Positions 33,611-46,300 of a stretch of 64,000 nt of DNA are shown here, piece after piece; positions within the stretch are counted from its first letter, which is position 1, and every line of letters starts with the position of its first letter. Both the position numbers and the translations under genes were made by a program. Source of the DNA: an uncultured virus (IMG/VR IMGVR_UViG_2061766007_000135) (taxonomy: Duplodnaviria > Heunggongvirae > Uroviricota > Caudoviricetes); IMG/VR virus record IMGVR_UViG_2061766007_000135; one strand, 5' to 3'. Under the pieces are notes generated by a model. That model saw only the letters and a program-made list of their open reading frames with translations. It was not told the DNA's origin and did no database searches.

Positions 33611-36600
33611 TTATATAAAGATAAAATCAATAGCATTATCACTAGAATTAAATGCTAAATAAGCTTTATCAGTGCCAGAAATATTTAATGCCTATTGAAC
33701 TGCGCTAATACGATTAGTAGAAGCATTAGCATAAATATTTGCACTATAATATGCTTCCATTGCAGTACCGCTTGTAGGTGAAGCTGTTGTTGTAGTTAAT
33801 AATTTACGATTTTCACTTGTAGCTATTACACTCTATTTTACTAAAGTATCAGTATTAGTATTAGTCGTATAACTAGGTGCTGCCCAAGTACCATCTTCAC
33901 GCAAAAATTTTGTAGACTATGTTTGACTACTTACTGTTGAAGAAATTGTAGCACCTGCGCTTATAGTACCAGAACTAGTTACGACTAAATTATTTCCACT
34001 ACCAATTTTACCTGCGTTACTAATATTCCCATGTGAATGGCTATATGCCGCTGCGCCACCACTAGCTCCAACTTTCGTAATGCCGGCAACACTATCACTA
34101 GCAGTAGGTAAATTAGCTTTAGTAGCTGTAATTACACCTTGTGTATTTTGAGTAATAGTTTTAATAAAAGAAGTAGAGGTTCCACTGGCCGAAGGATCAG
34201 TAACTGCAGTTTGTACTACTTTATATGAACCATCTGGACCTAAACGTTCCCAAGCACTACCAGACCAAATATATTCATATGCACTATCAGCATCAATAAT
34301 TACATCGCCAGCAGTTTTAGTAGAATAATCAGTAATCTCAGGATCAGTGGTACTACCATCAGTAATAGCTACTGTAGCGATACCAATAAAATGTAATGCT
34401 GAAGATAACCCCAAAGAAGTTCGTAAAGTTTCAGCAGTTAAAGAACCGCCCAAACTAATATCATTACCAGCAATAGTAACTTTAGAATTAACTAACATTG
34501 CGTTAGTTACTCCACCATCTTTAATTTTAATAGTACCAGTGGAAGTAATCGCAGTTTGAGTATCACTACCATTAACTAAACCTGCACCAGGAGTAATGGA
34601 AGTAACCGATGCTGGCGTTTTAAAAATATAGCTTTCTCCACCTGCGGTTAATTGATATTTTGTATTTACGCTTAAACTTAAACTAGAGGTACCAGAGCTA
34701 CTTGCCAAACTTATTGGATGAGTATGCGTTGAACTCGCTGCATCTGTAATACCATAACCAGATAAAGTCGTTGGTGCATTAGTTATTTCATTCCAATCCA
34801 AAGCGCCATGTAATGTAGTAGCATATATATCTTTCCATTTATAATCAGAAGTACCTAAAGTTTTACTATTAGTCACTGCAGGATATACATTACCGGCTAA
34901 CTACATATCATAAGTATTCTGTTCAATACGAATAACATTATTCCACGTAGTTGCTGAAGTTGATGACGTACCACTTTGAATAGTAAAATAATTAGTATCA
35001 CTACTACCAGTTCTTAATGCCGCAATACGCCAAGAAGCCCCAGCTGTTTTATTAGTATTATACCAAAAATTAATAGCCTTATCAGTATCACCCATAATAA
35101 TATTAATATCACTTGTCATATTATTAGAGCCATCTAATTTTAAATATCGACTATCATGATTATGATTGCCTGCCGCGGCGGTAGAAGCGCTAGTACCAAT
35201 TTTAATAACACCTTTAACAGCAGTACTAGCATCAGGAATATCGGTTAATAAAGACCAAGGTATAGAGCCTGCAGCCAATGTGCCAACAGTGGTAATATTA
35301 GAAGAACCTGCCCAAGTAGATAATGCTGTATTTTCTACTTGATCATATCCAGGTAATTTACCATCAGTTCTAAAATGATAGTGTTCTCCATCATCATAGA
35401 CAATATAAACGCCTCTTGGCAATGTATAATTTGTATTAGATGAAGGTTCACCATTAATATAAATTGGTTTTGCTCCTTTGCCGCTAATATTTAAAGTAAT
35501 TGCACCAACATAAGAATTAGTATAATATATCCAAACTTGAAAATATTTACCAGCAGTTAATTCGTGATAAGAAGAAATACTGCCTACTTTATTCGCAGTG
35601 GCTGCCGCAGTAGTACAATAAATACTAGTATAATAATAAGTAGAATTTGTATTAATTAACTGTATCCAATATGTGCCATTATATATAAAAGGATATGTAA
35701 AATTAGCTTGAATACTATCAGTAGCTGGTAAGTTAGCTAATGATTTACCATTATTACTAATATATTGAATTGTTTTAGCACCAGTACCATTGACATCAAG
35801 TTTAATACCGCTTACTGCTGCACTATTCGTATTAGTAAAAGTAACCCAAATAATTTTCCCTGTAGTTAAACTATCAAAGTCAGGACAAACTACAACTTTA
35901 GTTGCGGTCGAACCAACAGTTTCACAAGTACCATAATAAATATTAGTTAAATTTAATGCTTTTCTTGCTAAAGGAGACGTTGCCACTAATGCATTTGTAT
36001 TTGGGCAATAAAAAAATTGGTGCGAAGCCAAGAGCTAGAATTTATTCGCCGCATCTCGACTCGCACCAATATATAAATAATATTTACCTTTAACAAATGT
36101 ATCAGCGGGAACGGCAGTGTTATTACTAACAAATTTATAATAAGAAGTGGTAGAAGTATTGTCTAATATAAAATAACCATTAACATCTAAATCGCCGACT
36201 AAATAAATATCACAATAAGGTGGTAAGGTACTATTAAATGTATATGCTGGATCTCCTACTGGAGCATCTTCATATAAAGCACTGGTAGTTAATCCTGTAG
36301 CTTTAGTTAATTTACTGCGGCCAGCGTAATAAATTACACGATCAATCCGAAATGGAGTTGTATCTACAGTTTTATTAGTATTTGTTGTACCAGTAGTAAC
36401 AATAGAATGTAATTTCCCAGCATTATCTATCATACATAATGTATATGGGAATATATCATATGTACTATTAGCATATCGTGCTTCATACTAATTCAAAAGA
36501 CGATCATAATGATCGCCATCTGAATATGAAGAATCTAACATCCATCCTTCAGTACCATAATTTACAGATCCAATAGTCTACTCATTATCAGAAGTACCAT

Positions 36601-37090
36601 TAATAATAAAAGTGCTTCCACGATCTGTAATTGTTTTATTTGCGTGATATGTTAAAATAATATCGGCATATTGATTTAACTAATTAGTTAAAGGTGTATT
36701 ATATTTAAAATATATTAAATTAGAAGTAAGACCATTAATAGTTAAAGTATTTTTAATATTACTACAAGAAGTTGTTAAACGTAAACGGATAGTTAAACCA
36801 TCTTTAATATCTTCTGCATATAAATGCGGAATATCAACAGTAAAATTGCCGCTATCATCATTGGGATTTGTATCCCACGCATACAATAAATCAGCATTGC
36901 GCGCATTCAATGGTTTGCGCATTTTTTGCTCTGCTGTAGTTAAAGTTGCAGCTGTTGTATGTGTACTTGTCTATAAGTCCACATAAAACTTCATTTCATC
37001 TGTTGTTAAATATACCCAACCCTCTTGTCGCTATGGTCTTGCACTTTCTAAATTATTACTACTACCCTTCTGAATTTTAAAAAGAGCCAA
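33611..37090 (-). CDS. Long tail fibre protein (1159 aa, code 15)
   Basis: TTG start after GGGGAGG SD; fragments 36680/36035/34901/33917 in one frame; PTTLSGYGITDA and HTH/HNH metal-knot-like motifs; ends IDFIFI-TAA. Confidence 0.82.
33833..34039 (-). repeat. Second copy of the 69-codon duplicated fibre segment
   Basis: HSHGNISNAGKIGSGNNLVVTSSGTISAGATISSTVSSQT(Q)STKFLREDGTWAAPSYTTNTNTDTLVK(Q). Confidence 0.9.
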
Positions 37091-37117
37091 TCTTCAGCCC
37101 TCCCCACTCATACAAAA

Positions 37118-37726
37118 TTAATTGCCTTTTAAATCAAACCAAGCAACTGCTTTAGACTCAAGAGCCTCTAAACGAGACCATAATTGTCTAACATCGTCAC
37201 CACTAAGGCTATAATTCTCTTCAACTGAGATTTCAGAAGTTGGCAAAGGCGCCAAAATTTTCGCGGCACAAGGTGCCGTCATTAAACTATAAGCATATGT
37301 ATGTGTGATTGGATCAATAGTATACATATGCACTGCAAATCTAATCTCTCCAGCTTGTTTAGTTGCTTCATGACCAATCTTCCAACCAAACAAAATTTTA
37401 TCTGGATGACTTAAATCTACATCATAAACAGGAGTAAGACGACCTTCTCCTGCGGCATTTAGATATTCAATAACGATTGTCAAACCCGCAAGATCAACAT
37501 CGTCAAAATATCTATCACAACTGAAATAGATAGTTGCCGCACGATGATCATTACCAACACTTAAATAATCTCTATACTTAGGTGGTAAGGTCATCTTACG
37601 GGTATTTAAATCTAAATCAATGCAGGCAAGAGCGAGTTCATCCTCGCTCATGCCTGCTGGGACTAAATTTCTATTTTCAGCTGAGGCAGTTAATTGAATT
37701 TGTTCTAATATTTCCTAATAGTTCAT
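37118..37726 (-). CDS. BppU-like baseplate upper protein N-terminal domain protein (202 aa, 1 TAG at codon 4)
   Basis: AAGGAGG SD; VGNDHRAATIYFSCDRYFDDVDL...FGWKI...AGEIRFAV; resembles the N-terminus of 37747-39612. Confidence 0.7.
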
Positions 37727-37746
37727 TCAATGCTACCTCCTTTAAA

Positions 37747-39612
37747 TTAAGATACAATCTAGAAAACAGTATTATTAGATTGATCTTTGTAAATATGTAA
37801 AGAAATAACATTACTGGTCTAGGCGTCACTATTCAAGGTTTCTCCAACATGGCCTTCTTCGCCCCAAACTTTATGAATCATCTTGCAATAAACACCATAA
37901 TCATGTAAGTTATTACCTTCATCATAAGGCATAGGTGCTAAATGATCAAAAGTAAATGTATCATTTTTGGTGAACTCCATAATAGAATAATTACTATTAG
38001 GATTTGGGCCGCCAGTAACATACCATTGATAATACCATTCTTCTGTATGTGCAGCAGATGGACTATTAGCAGGGAAAGTTACACTTGATACAGTAATCTT
38101 TTTCTCTTGTACATTGCCTACAACTGTTACACTAGTTGCTTGATCTGGTTTTGCACGTACTAAAATTGGATTTGGTAATACTAAAGTTTCGGATACAGTG
38201 TTATTACGATGATTTACAATTTCACAACTGTATTCACCTTCATCATTATCTCCCAAAGTTAATGTAGCGGTATTAGAATTTTCTACAGCAACAGCATTAG
38301 GTGATAATACAACACCAGTACCACCATTTCCAGCGGTAATATATGATTTCTTTTTCCAAACATACTCTAATGTACTATGCTCAGGTGCACGTTTAGTATC
38401 TGCCGCAACGACATTAACACTTAAAGAAACTGCTGGAGCAGAAGCCTCATCAGGATCACGTGAATAAACACCTAAAGGTTGAGTGGTTTGTCCAAAAGCA
38501 AGTTCTTGAGCACGAGGAATTACTACTGCAGGACTACGAGTCCAGCGAGTACCAATAGTTTCACCATTACCATCTGTACTAATATTACCAATGTCTACAC
38601 TATAAACTCCAGCAATATTAGCAGCATAACTAGCTTGATTATAAGCAGCATCTAATACATTACTACCATTATACCAACGATAAGTTAATGTACTATTTTC
38701 ATCAGCAGGATTTGCTTCAACGCTTAAAAGACAATAGCCTTCTGGATAATTAGTTTCTACATTAGCAGCAGTACCAATAATTACGCCAGCATCTAAAGAT
38801 TCCAAATAATCAAGGTAATCTTCAAAATCTTCACCTTGTGGAACGGTTTTAACAAGCTCTCTAGGAGTACTATTATCAAGAGTACGAATAATAATAGGTG
38901 AAGCGCCATTCATAGTATTAATAACACCACTATACAATGGACGCTTATAAACTAAATCAGTCATATCTTCTGCCGCCAATGCAGGATCTTCAACTGATAA
39001 ATTCAAAGTTTGTTTGACTGTGCAACTCGTCTTTTGAGTACTTAAAGAATAAGTAATTTCATCCACGTCTTGATCATTAGTTTCAATACGGAAGAAACGT
39101 AAAGAAAATTCCAAAGTACCTGCAGCTTGAGTCATTTTTTCAGTAATTAACCAACCAAGCCACATAGTATCTTCAGTGGCATCGCAGAAAATTACTTTAG
39201 AATTACCAGATACATTATTTGTAGTATGTCTCCATTGAACCCAAGCGCCGCTACGAATCTTAGGATCAACCGCACTAGGAGCAACTAAATCATACAAATC
39301 TGTATTATCATACCAACGATCGACTTTAAAGAAAATTAATTCAGCATTGGCATCACCAGCAACACCGATACCATTGTTGGCAAATGCAGTTGGAACACTA
39401 ATCATACGACTATCGAGATCTACTCTCATTGGTTCCTCGTCCAATGGTAAACGATAAAATTTATTTGGAGCATGAGTTTCTCCACCAAAACGTTGTTTCA
39501 ATGCTTTATAATACTGAGGTAAACTTTGAATTTCTGCTTGAGTTAAATCATGTAATTCGCCAAAAAGCGCTTCATATTGAGCTCTCTTATCTTCAGTAAT
39601 TACAACTTTCAT
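37747..39612 (-). CDS. BppU-like baseplate protein with Ig-like domains (621 aa, 2 TAG near the C-terminus)
   Basis: VAGDANAELIFFKVDRWYDNTDL...AGTLEFSLRF; YRWY/YVWK...YSCEI Ig-like patterns; read-through brings the stop next to the downstream SD. Confidence 0.72.
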
Positions 39613-40073
39613 TGATTATTTTCTCCTTTCATTACTACTTCTTTTAATGCTAAAACAATAGCCTCGTAATATCTCTTAGCATCTGCAGACAACTAACTGA
39701 TCATAGCTATCTATGAAGACAACTAATAATGTTCAGTTTTTAAAATAACACGAACCGAAGTACTTTCAATATGAGTGCCGCTATCTATTTCTAAAATAAA
39801 TAATGACATCATAACCGAGGCATTAGTAATACGTAATGTAGCAATAGAAGGCATACGATAAACGAGATGACCTCCATCATTTATTGTATTATGTAATTCT
39901 ACTACATCTCGTAAACCAGTAGTGGTATCTTTTAAAATTAAAAATACCTAAATATGTTTAGTTGGACGATATGGAATATAAAAATCAATATCATCCACAT
40001 CAACGGCAGTAGTCACAGAAAAATCAGTTAATGTTAATGATCCTATGCCGTTATATTCTACCTTGGGTCGCAT
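39609..40073 (-). CDS. Hypothetical protein (154 aa, 4 TAG); missing from the ORF track
   Basis: GGGGGG SD; ATGA overlap with the next gene. Confidence 0.75.
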
Positions 40074-40089
40074 TTAAGAACCCCCCTAG

Positions 40090-40121
40090 AAAAAAATTGG
40101 GAGCCTTACAAGAAGGCTCCC
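40090..40121 (-). terminator. Hairpin with U-tract (terminator or attenuator)
   Basis: GGGAGCCTT-cttgt-AAGGCTCCC 9-bp stem followed by AATTTTTTT on the minus strand. Confidence 0.7.
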
Positions 40122-40128
40122 GCACTTC

Positions 40129-40174
40129 TAAATAATATAAAATTATTTCTACATTATTTAATCATTCATGCCCA
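40129..40174 (-). promoter_or_regulatory. Putative phage-specific motif, copy C
   Basis: TGGGCAT-N7-TAA-AT-AA-TG-TA, same spacing as copies A and B. Confidence 0.35.
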
Positions 40175-40370
40175 TATCCACTTCTTGCCATTTAGCAATT
40201 TCAGAAGCGGGAATGGTCACAATTTTTACACGTCTTTCACCATCGGTTAAGATTTTACCATTATCGGCATGAAGCTTGAGTAATTTTACAGAGTAAATAC
40301 CCTCTAAATATACTTGGCTTTCAATCGTACCATTGGTGCCCAAATAACGATACATTGGAGTTTTAGTCAT
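40158..40370 (-). CDS. Small tail-associated hypothetical protein (70 aa), TAG-free
   Basis: AAGGAGG SD before ATG 40370; LHADNGKILTDG motif. Confidence 0.75.
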   Translation of the reverse strand: MTKTPMYRYLGTNGTIESQVYLEGIYSVKLLKLHADNGKILTDGERRVKIVTIPASEIAKWQEVDMGMND

Positions 40371-40387
40371 AATAATCCTCCTTATTC

Positions 40388-43300
40388 TCAAACTTCATAA
40401 ACATGATAATATTGTTCTTCAAATGTTTCTTGCTCAGCACTATCTGACCATACAAGACCACATACCTCTTTTACCAAGAAATCAATACACTATCTCCAGT
40501 CATTAAAACCACTTTCCATAGTATGAGAAGCACTAGGTGTAGTGGTCATATAAACATAAACATTTACACCCAATGTAACATTCGCAAATACCGTTCTACC
40601 ACTTGTCATAGAATAACCATGGAAAAGTGAATCAATTGGAACAGTATTGCTACCAAATGTAATAGAATTAATATTAGCATAGGCAAATGCATATCTAGCA
40701 TTAAAATTAGTTACACTACTATTAACTACAGAAGCAGGAATAATCAAATCAACTGGATGCGCCGCCGAGAAAGCACTATTAAAAGCACTTTCACCGAGAT
40801 ATGATAAATGAATTGGTAAAGTGTCTAAGCGTAAAGATGAACATCCATAGAAAGCATAATTACCAATCGTAACAATACTATTTGGTAAATCTACATAACG
40901 TAAATTAGATACAGGCTATCTTTGATTGATTTCATCATATTGTAAATCAAAATTAAAAGTATGCGCTGAAATAGTATCAATTACTGCCGTATTATCATTA
41001 GAGCCTTCAAAGAAAACAGCGATAATATCTTCATTATTTTCTAATGGACCATGAGCATCACTTTCGCCCTATTGATCAATAGATGTAGTTAAAGTAGCAC
41101 GAATTTCTAAAGTTTCACCATTATGTGTCACACGTTTTGGGAAACAAATTTTACCTTTTAAACCACATTCTGGATTAATGGTTGCGCCCCAATATGGATC
41201 CTATTGCGTGCCCATACGTTCAAGGATCATCTGGTCTTCAGTTAATGGATGTGCGTATACACTTTCTAATTCAAATGTAGCAAAGAAAGAAATATTATTC
41301 TATACTCTCAATGGAACCGTACCATTATATATGGTAGCATCATCAGTTAAACTTGTGCGCCAACCAACAAAATGATATGTACTATATAAGCTCATATTTG
41401 GATCAGTAGTGTCATCTTTCCAAGGAACTAATGGTGTTAATGTTACATCTTGACCAGCAACGGCAATTGTTCTTACATTTGATCCTTCATATTGGAATGG
41501 TTCGCCAGTGTCCATATAATAAGAACAAATATAACCTGTTTGCGCAAAGACTGCCACAAATGTATAAGAACTTTCTACCAAACTATATTGGCTTAAACTC
41601 TTATAAGTGCTTAATTGTGTTTCTGCATCTTCACAAATAACCGTACTGGTACGATTACCAACAGTACCATTAGTAACCATCCAATCATTATGAACAGAAC
41701 CTTTTGCTTCCCAGTCAAATCCATTATTACCAACAAGAGCCCAGCCCAAGAAGTCATAATGTAATCTTTGTGGAGTATCAAAAGTATAAGTAACTGTTGA
41801 ACTTAAGCCATTAACAGTAGGTGCGTATTTTTGTGTGCCAAATTCATGAATTGAACCGTCAGGTAAATATTCAATGAAACGAGCCTTATGAGCAGGTTCT
41901 ATATATTCGGCAGTAATATCTAAATCTGGGAAATGTGTTGCAGTTTGATAATAGCCAAAGATTTTTGCTTCATCTATCTTATGATTACTATCATTATGTA
42001 CATGAATATGACCAGTAATCTATGGAATTAATTTTTTATTTGGATCTAATGCATCAGTATAAATCGGTCTGAAATAATATGAATCATATGGTACAGCACC
42101 TTGACTATTTGGATTGTTTGGCGCATCTAAATCAGAACAGAAACGATCTAACATAGACAAATCTGTAATTGGGCTATTGCCTTTTTCTTTAATATACAAA
42201 ATACCATTTTGTAAATCTTTATTCCATTGCGCCGCAGTAGTATATTCATATGGTTCATATGTTGCATCATCACGATAATAATAAGAAGCAATTTGATTAC
42301 TATCATATACTTCATCAATAGTTAATTGACGATATGGCGTCCAATCTACATTCTTTAAAGAAATCATTAAGATTGGAGAAGTATCTTCAATGTTATTTTG
42401 TTGATCTGAGGCAACAATTTTTAAATGATACAAATAATTTAACAAACGGAATGAGTCATAACCCAACTTAGTATCATCTAATTGTAATTTATTAATCTTA
42501 GTATAAATATTTGTACTAAGCGCTCCACCTTCAGTAAATACTGCAAATTTATCTGCTGCGCTTTCAAAAGTTGGTAATAAGTTAGTTAAATTATCAATAT
42601 ATAATCCAGTAGGATCAGTAGCTGGAGCTGTTACGTGTGTTGGTTTAACCGTTAAAATATTAGTTAATTTCAATGGCTTTTCTAAACTAATTTCAGTTAC
42701 AGTATCTGGTAAATAAATTGTTGTTAAAACATTGCCTTTCGGGAATTCAATAGCGCCAATTTTAGTACCTAACAACTTGATAATTTCTAATTTATTGCAA
42801 GCTGAAATTTGTGGGTCTAAAGTTAAATTGCTTAAGTTACTTAAATCAACTAATCTTAATAAACCTTTAATACTTTCACCAGTAGAACCTACAATACAAC
42901 TAGTTAAAGCTTCATTACGATAACCATCGCGGTCATCGCCAACTTTTAAATCACGTAAACGAATAGCATTACCAAGTACTAATTCGTTAAGATATTTATT
43001 AGATAAATCACCTAAACTAGATACGTATTGTGGACCACGCACATAGGCTAATTGCTAAGTTAAAGCAATACCCAAATTTGCTTTTTTCGCAATAGAAATT
43101 GGTGGATTAATCGTTACTGAATCAACAGCGCCACCCAATAAGAACTTCTATGCGGCAGAAGGTGTTTCATCATAAATAACAGAAACATATTGAGATAAAT
43201 ATGGAGAAATAACATAAGTAGCACTTGATGGGAAAGTTACTCCGGCAGAAGTTCTACTTGTATCATTTAAGTTATAACGCATTTTAATTTGACCGCTTGC

Positions 43301-46300
43301 CTTTTTAGGATCATATGCGCCAGCGCCCCATTCAGAGTCTAAATAATTAAATCTGTTACGAATCATAGACATTCTTTGTAAATGTCTATCGCCCTGTAAG
43401 CAATAATAATAGTCTTCCGTCCAATCAGTATTGCCATCTTGATCAGTAAAACCATATTCTGTTAAAGCAGGAGCCAAATATTTATAAAACTCATCATAGT
43501 TCTTCATAACTGGAGACCACTTATTACTACTCAAAGTTTCATAATATTCAATAACACGCTCATATTTAAATTCTTTTTCACGTAAGGCTTTATACAAACC
43601 CATTATTTCATTTTTAAAGCAAAGATATATATTATTCCATAATACTGAACCATTGCCAGAGAAAATAGAATCAGTAGAACCAGTTGCGCTATAAATTTCA
43701 ATATCAGGAATATTAACACCATTAATATTGCGAGTTATTAATTGTCCCTGAGAATTAGTAGCGCGCCAAGCTAATGGAGGAGTAGCATCTACATCATAAT
43801 CCCAATATACTTGACCAGAATTATTAATGCCTAACTAAGTATCCATATCATAGAAAATTGGATACCAAATATAATCACCATTTGCTTCTTCTGGACCCCA
43901 AGAAGCAATCATCATATTTTTCTGACGAGAGTCATAAAGTAAGAAGAATTCAGTAATTAAGAAATAGAACCAAGTATAATTAAGATTTAAATGCTTAATT
44001 GCTTCATTCTTAAATTTCGCTAAACGATAACGATTAGTATCTGCGGTAAAATATTCATATAAGTCAGTTGAGAAACCAGCATATGTAATTTCAAATTTAA
44101 TTGAAATATAACGCCATAAAGCAGTTCCTGTATCTGATAAAATAATACCAATATCAGCTAAATCATCTATCGTATAAGTACCATACTTCCATTTTTGTGC
44201 GGTAGTATCATAAATAAATGCATGTTCAGTAATATATTCTGTATCATGCGCATCAGAATTTTCATTTTCTGCGCCATCACTTTGAACGCGAATGAATTTA
44301 AGCAATTTTTCTTGTCCACCATTTGGATCAATAGTTAATTTACCAGCTAATGGATCATAATAATTTTCATTAGTAATTGCTCCAGTTTCTTCGTCATATT
44401 CTAAAATAGTTTCATCATATGCACCAAGTATTGTGAATACTTTTTGCACAATAATTGTCTATTCACTATAAGTATCATTCTGAACATCTTTATTATAATA
44501 AGTAATATATGGTTCATATGTGCGTGATAAAGTTTTATAATAGATTGGTTCAATAGTACGTTTTGGACGAGCATTATCTGTAAAATCATAACTAGTTACA
44601 TCTGTTGAACGTACCCAGTCCCAGAATCTACCAAAATTAACACTACGTGCTGCCCATTCAGCACTTGAACCAGCTTTTGCTTCATCTGCATGATTGGTGG
44701 TTTTCATTTCAGGATAACGCTGTTCGAAATGATCTTCAATACCATAATAAGTTTCCTGATTAGTTGGATCAGTTAACGTACTTAACCATTCTTCATCGCC
44801 ATCTTGGAACTTAGAATAACCAGGTTGATTCTAACGTAATTCCCAACATTCGCAAACGTCAGCATAAGTTAAATTTTCTGTTTTTTCAGTTACAATGCAA
44901 GTCTTTTTAGTAGGATCAGTTTTATCAGCTTTGGTCTAATTTACAGATGTAGCATAAGGATGTGCAGTTTCATCAGTAAAACCAAAAACATTTTCTGAAC
45001 CCTTATGAATATTTAAATTATAACGACCAATATATTCTTTATTACCATCGCCATCTTCCCAGAAGACAATAATAGGATAACCATATACTGCTGTACGATA
45101 TAATTTAGCATCTTCGGAATTAGGTAATAAACGTCTTAATGGATGACGTAAATCATAAGTAGTAGCATCATTCAAAAGGAATGTACTATAATTAGCACCA
45201 GCAGTATTATGAGTAGATGCACTATCCATATAATCCGCTTTTAAACAGAATTCTTTTGCTGGCAAGCATTGTCCAATAGGCCAGAAACCTTCTTCCATTG
45301 CTTCGACAGTATAAATATCTCGGTTAGCTTCATCGCCGTCCCAAGCTTCAATGCGGAATGGATTAGCTTCAATGCCTAAAGGTGTCATTAAAGTAGGATC
45401 TGCCCAATCGGCTGAACCGACTTCCAATGCATAACTAAAATTACGACGTGGATAGCCTTGTGAAGAAGTACCTTGTACATTAATTTTACAGTTAGAAATA
45501 TGGAAACTCTTACCTGGGGCTGGATCATAATAATAAATATTTACACCAATTTTATTGCCTTTAAAGTAAGGTAATCTTGGCTGAGTATTTGTTACTGTCG
45601 CACCAGCTGGGAATTTAGGAGTTTTAATTGTCATAACAGGAATTAAGCCTGACTCTTTTACCTTTCGATAATCAAGATTAGTACCTTCATCATTAACAAT
45701 TGCCTTACCTTCAAGATAACGAGTTCTTTTAACTGCTAAACTAGATGCATCGGCCGTCCAGTTCTAACCAATATCAGCAAAACTTAATGGTTGTTCATAA
45801 ATACGAATATTATAAATATCTACATCACAACAATCAGATGTAATAGTAATACCAGATTCACCACTAAAACTTTGAGCAAAACTGATATTAGAAGGATATT
45901 TTAAAACACCGCTTAAAACACCATCAATATAAGCATAAATCATAGGTATACTATTTGAAGCAGGACCAATTACGAAAGAAACTTTAACACGTACATCATC
46001 AGTATAACGTGCGCTTACTAAAGTAGAATGATCTAAGCTTAAGAAAGCTTCTTGTGTACCAAGTAAAATACCCTTTTCACCGCCATAATAAGACAAGAAA
46101 GCACTGTTTGTAGATGAACTAATTACACGTTGAACTATTTCATCACCAGTTTTAGGATTAACTTTTGGTACTCTTTTACCTGTAGCGATTTCAATCGCCC
46201 AACCATCTTCGCCCTCTTCGTATAAACTAAGATCATATGATTTAGCTGTACGAGTTTCATCATCAAACCATTTATTATCACTTAATTCTGCATACTTTAA

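Noticed and set aside
30526..34039. The duplicated segment as a diversity-generating retroelement TR/VR pair
   Set aside because: Differences are mostly synonymous third-position changes, not adenine-specific; both copies are coding and no reverse transcriptase is present
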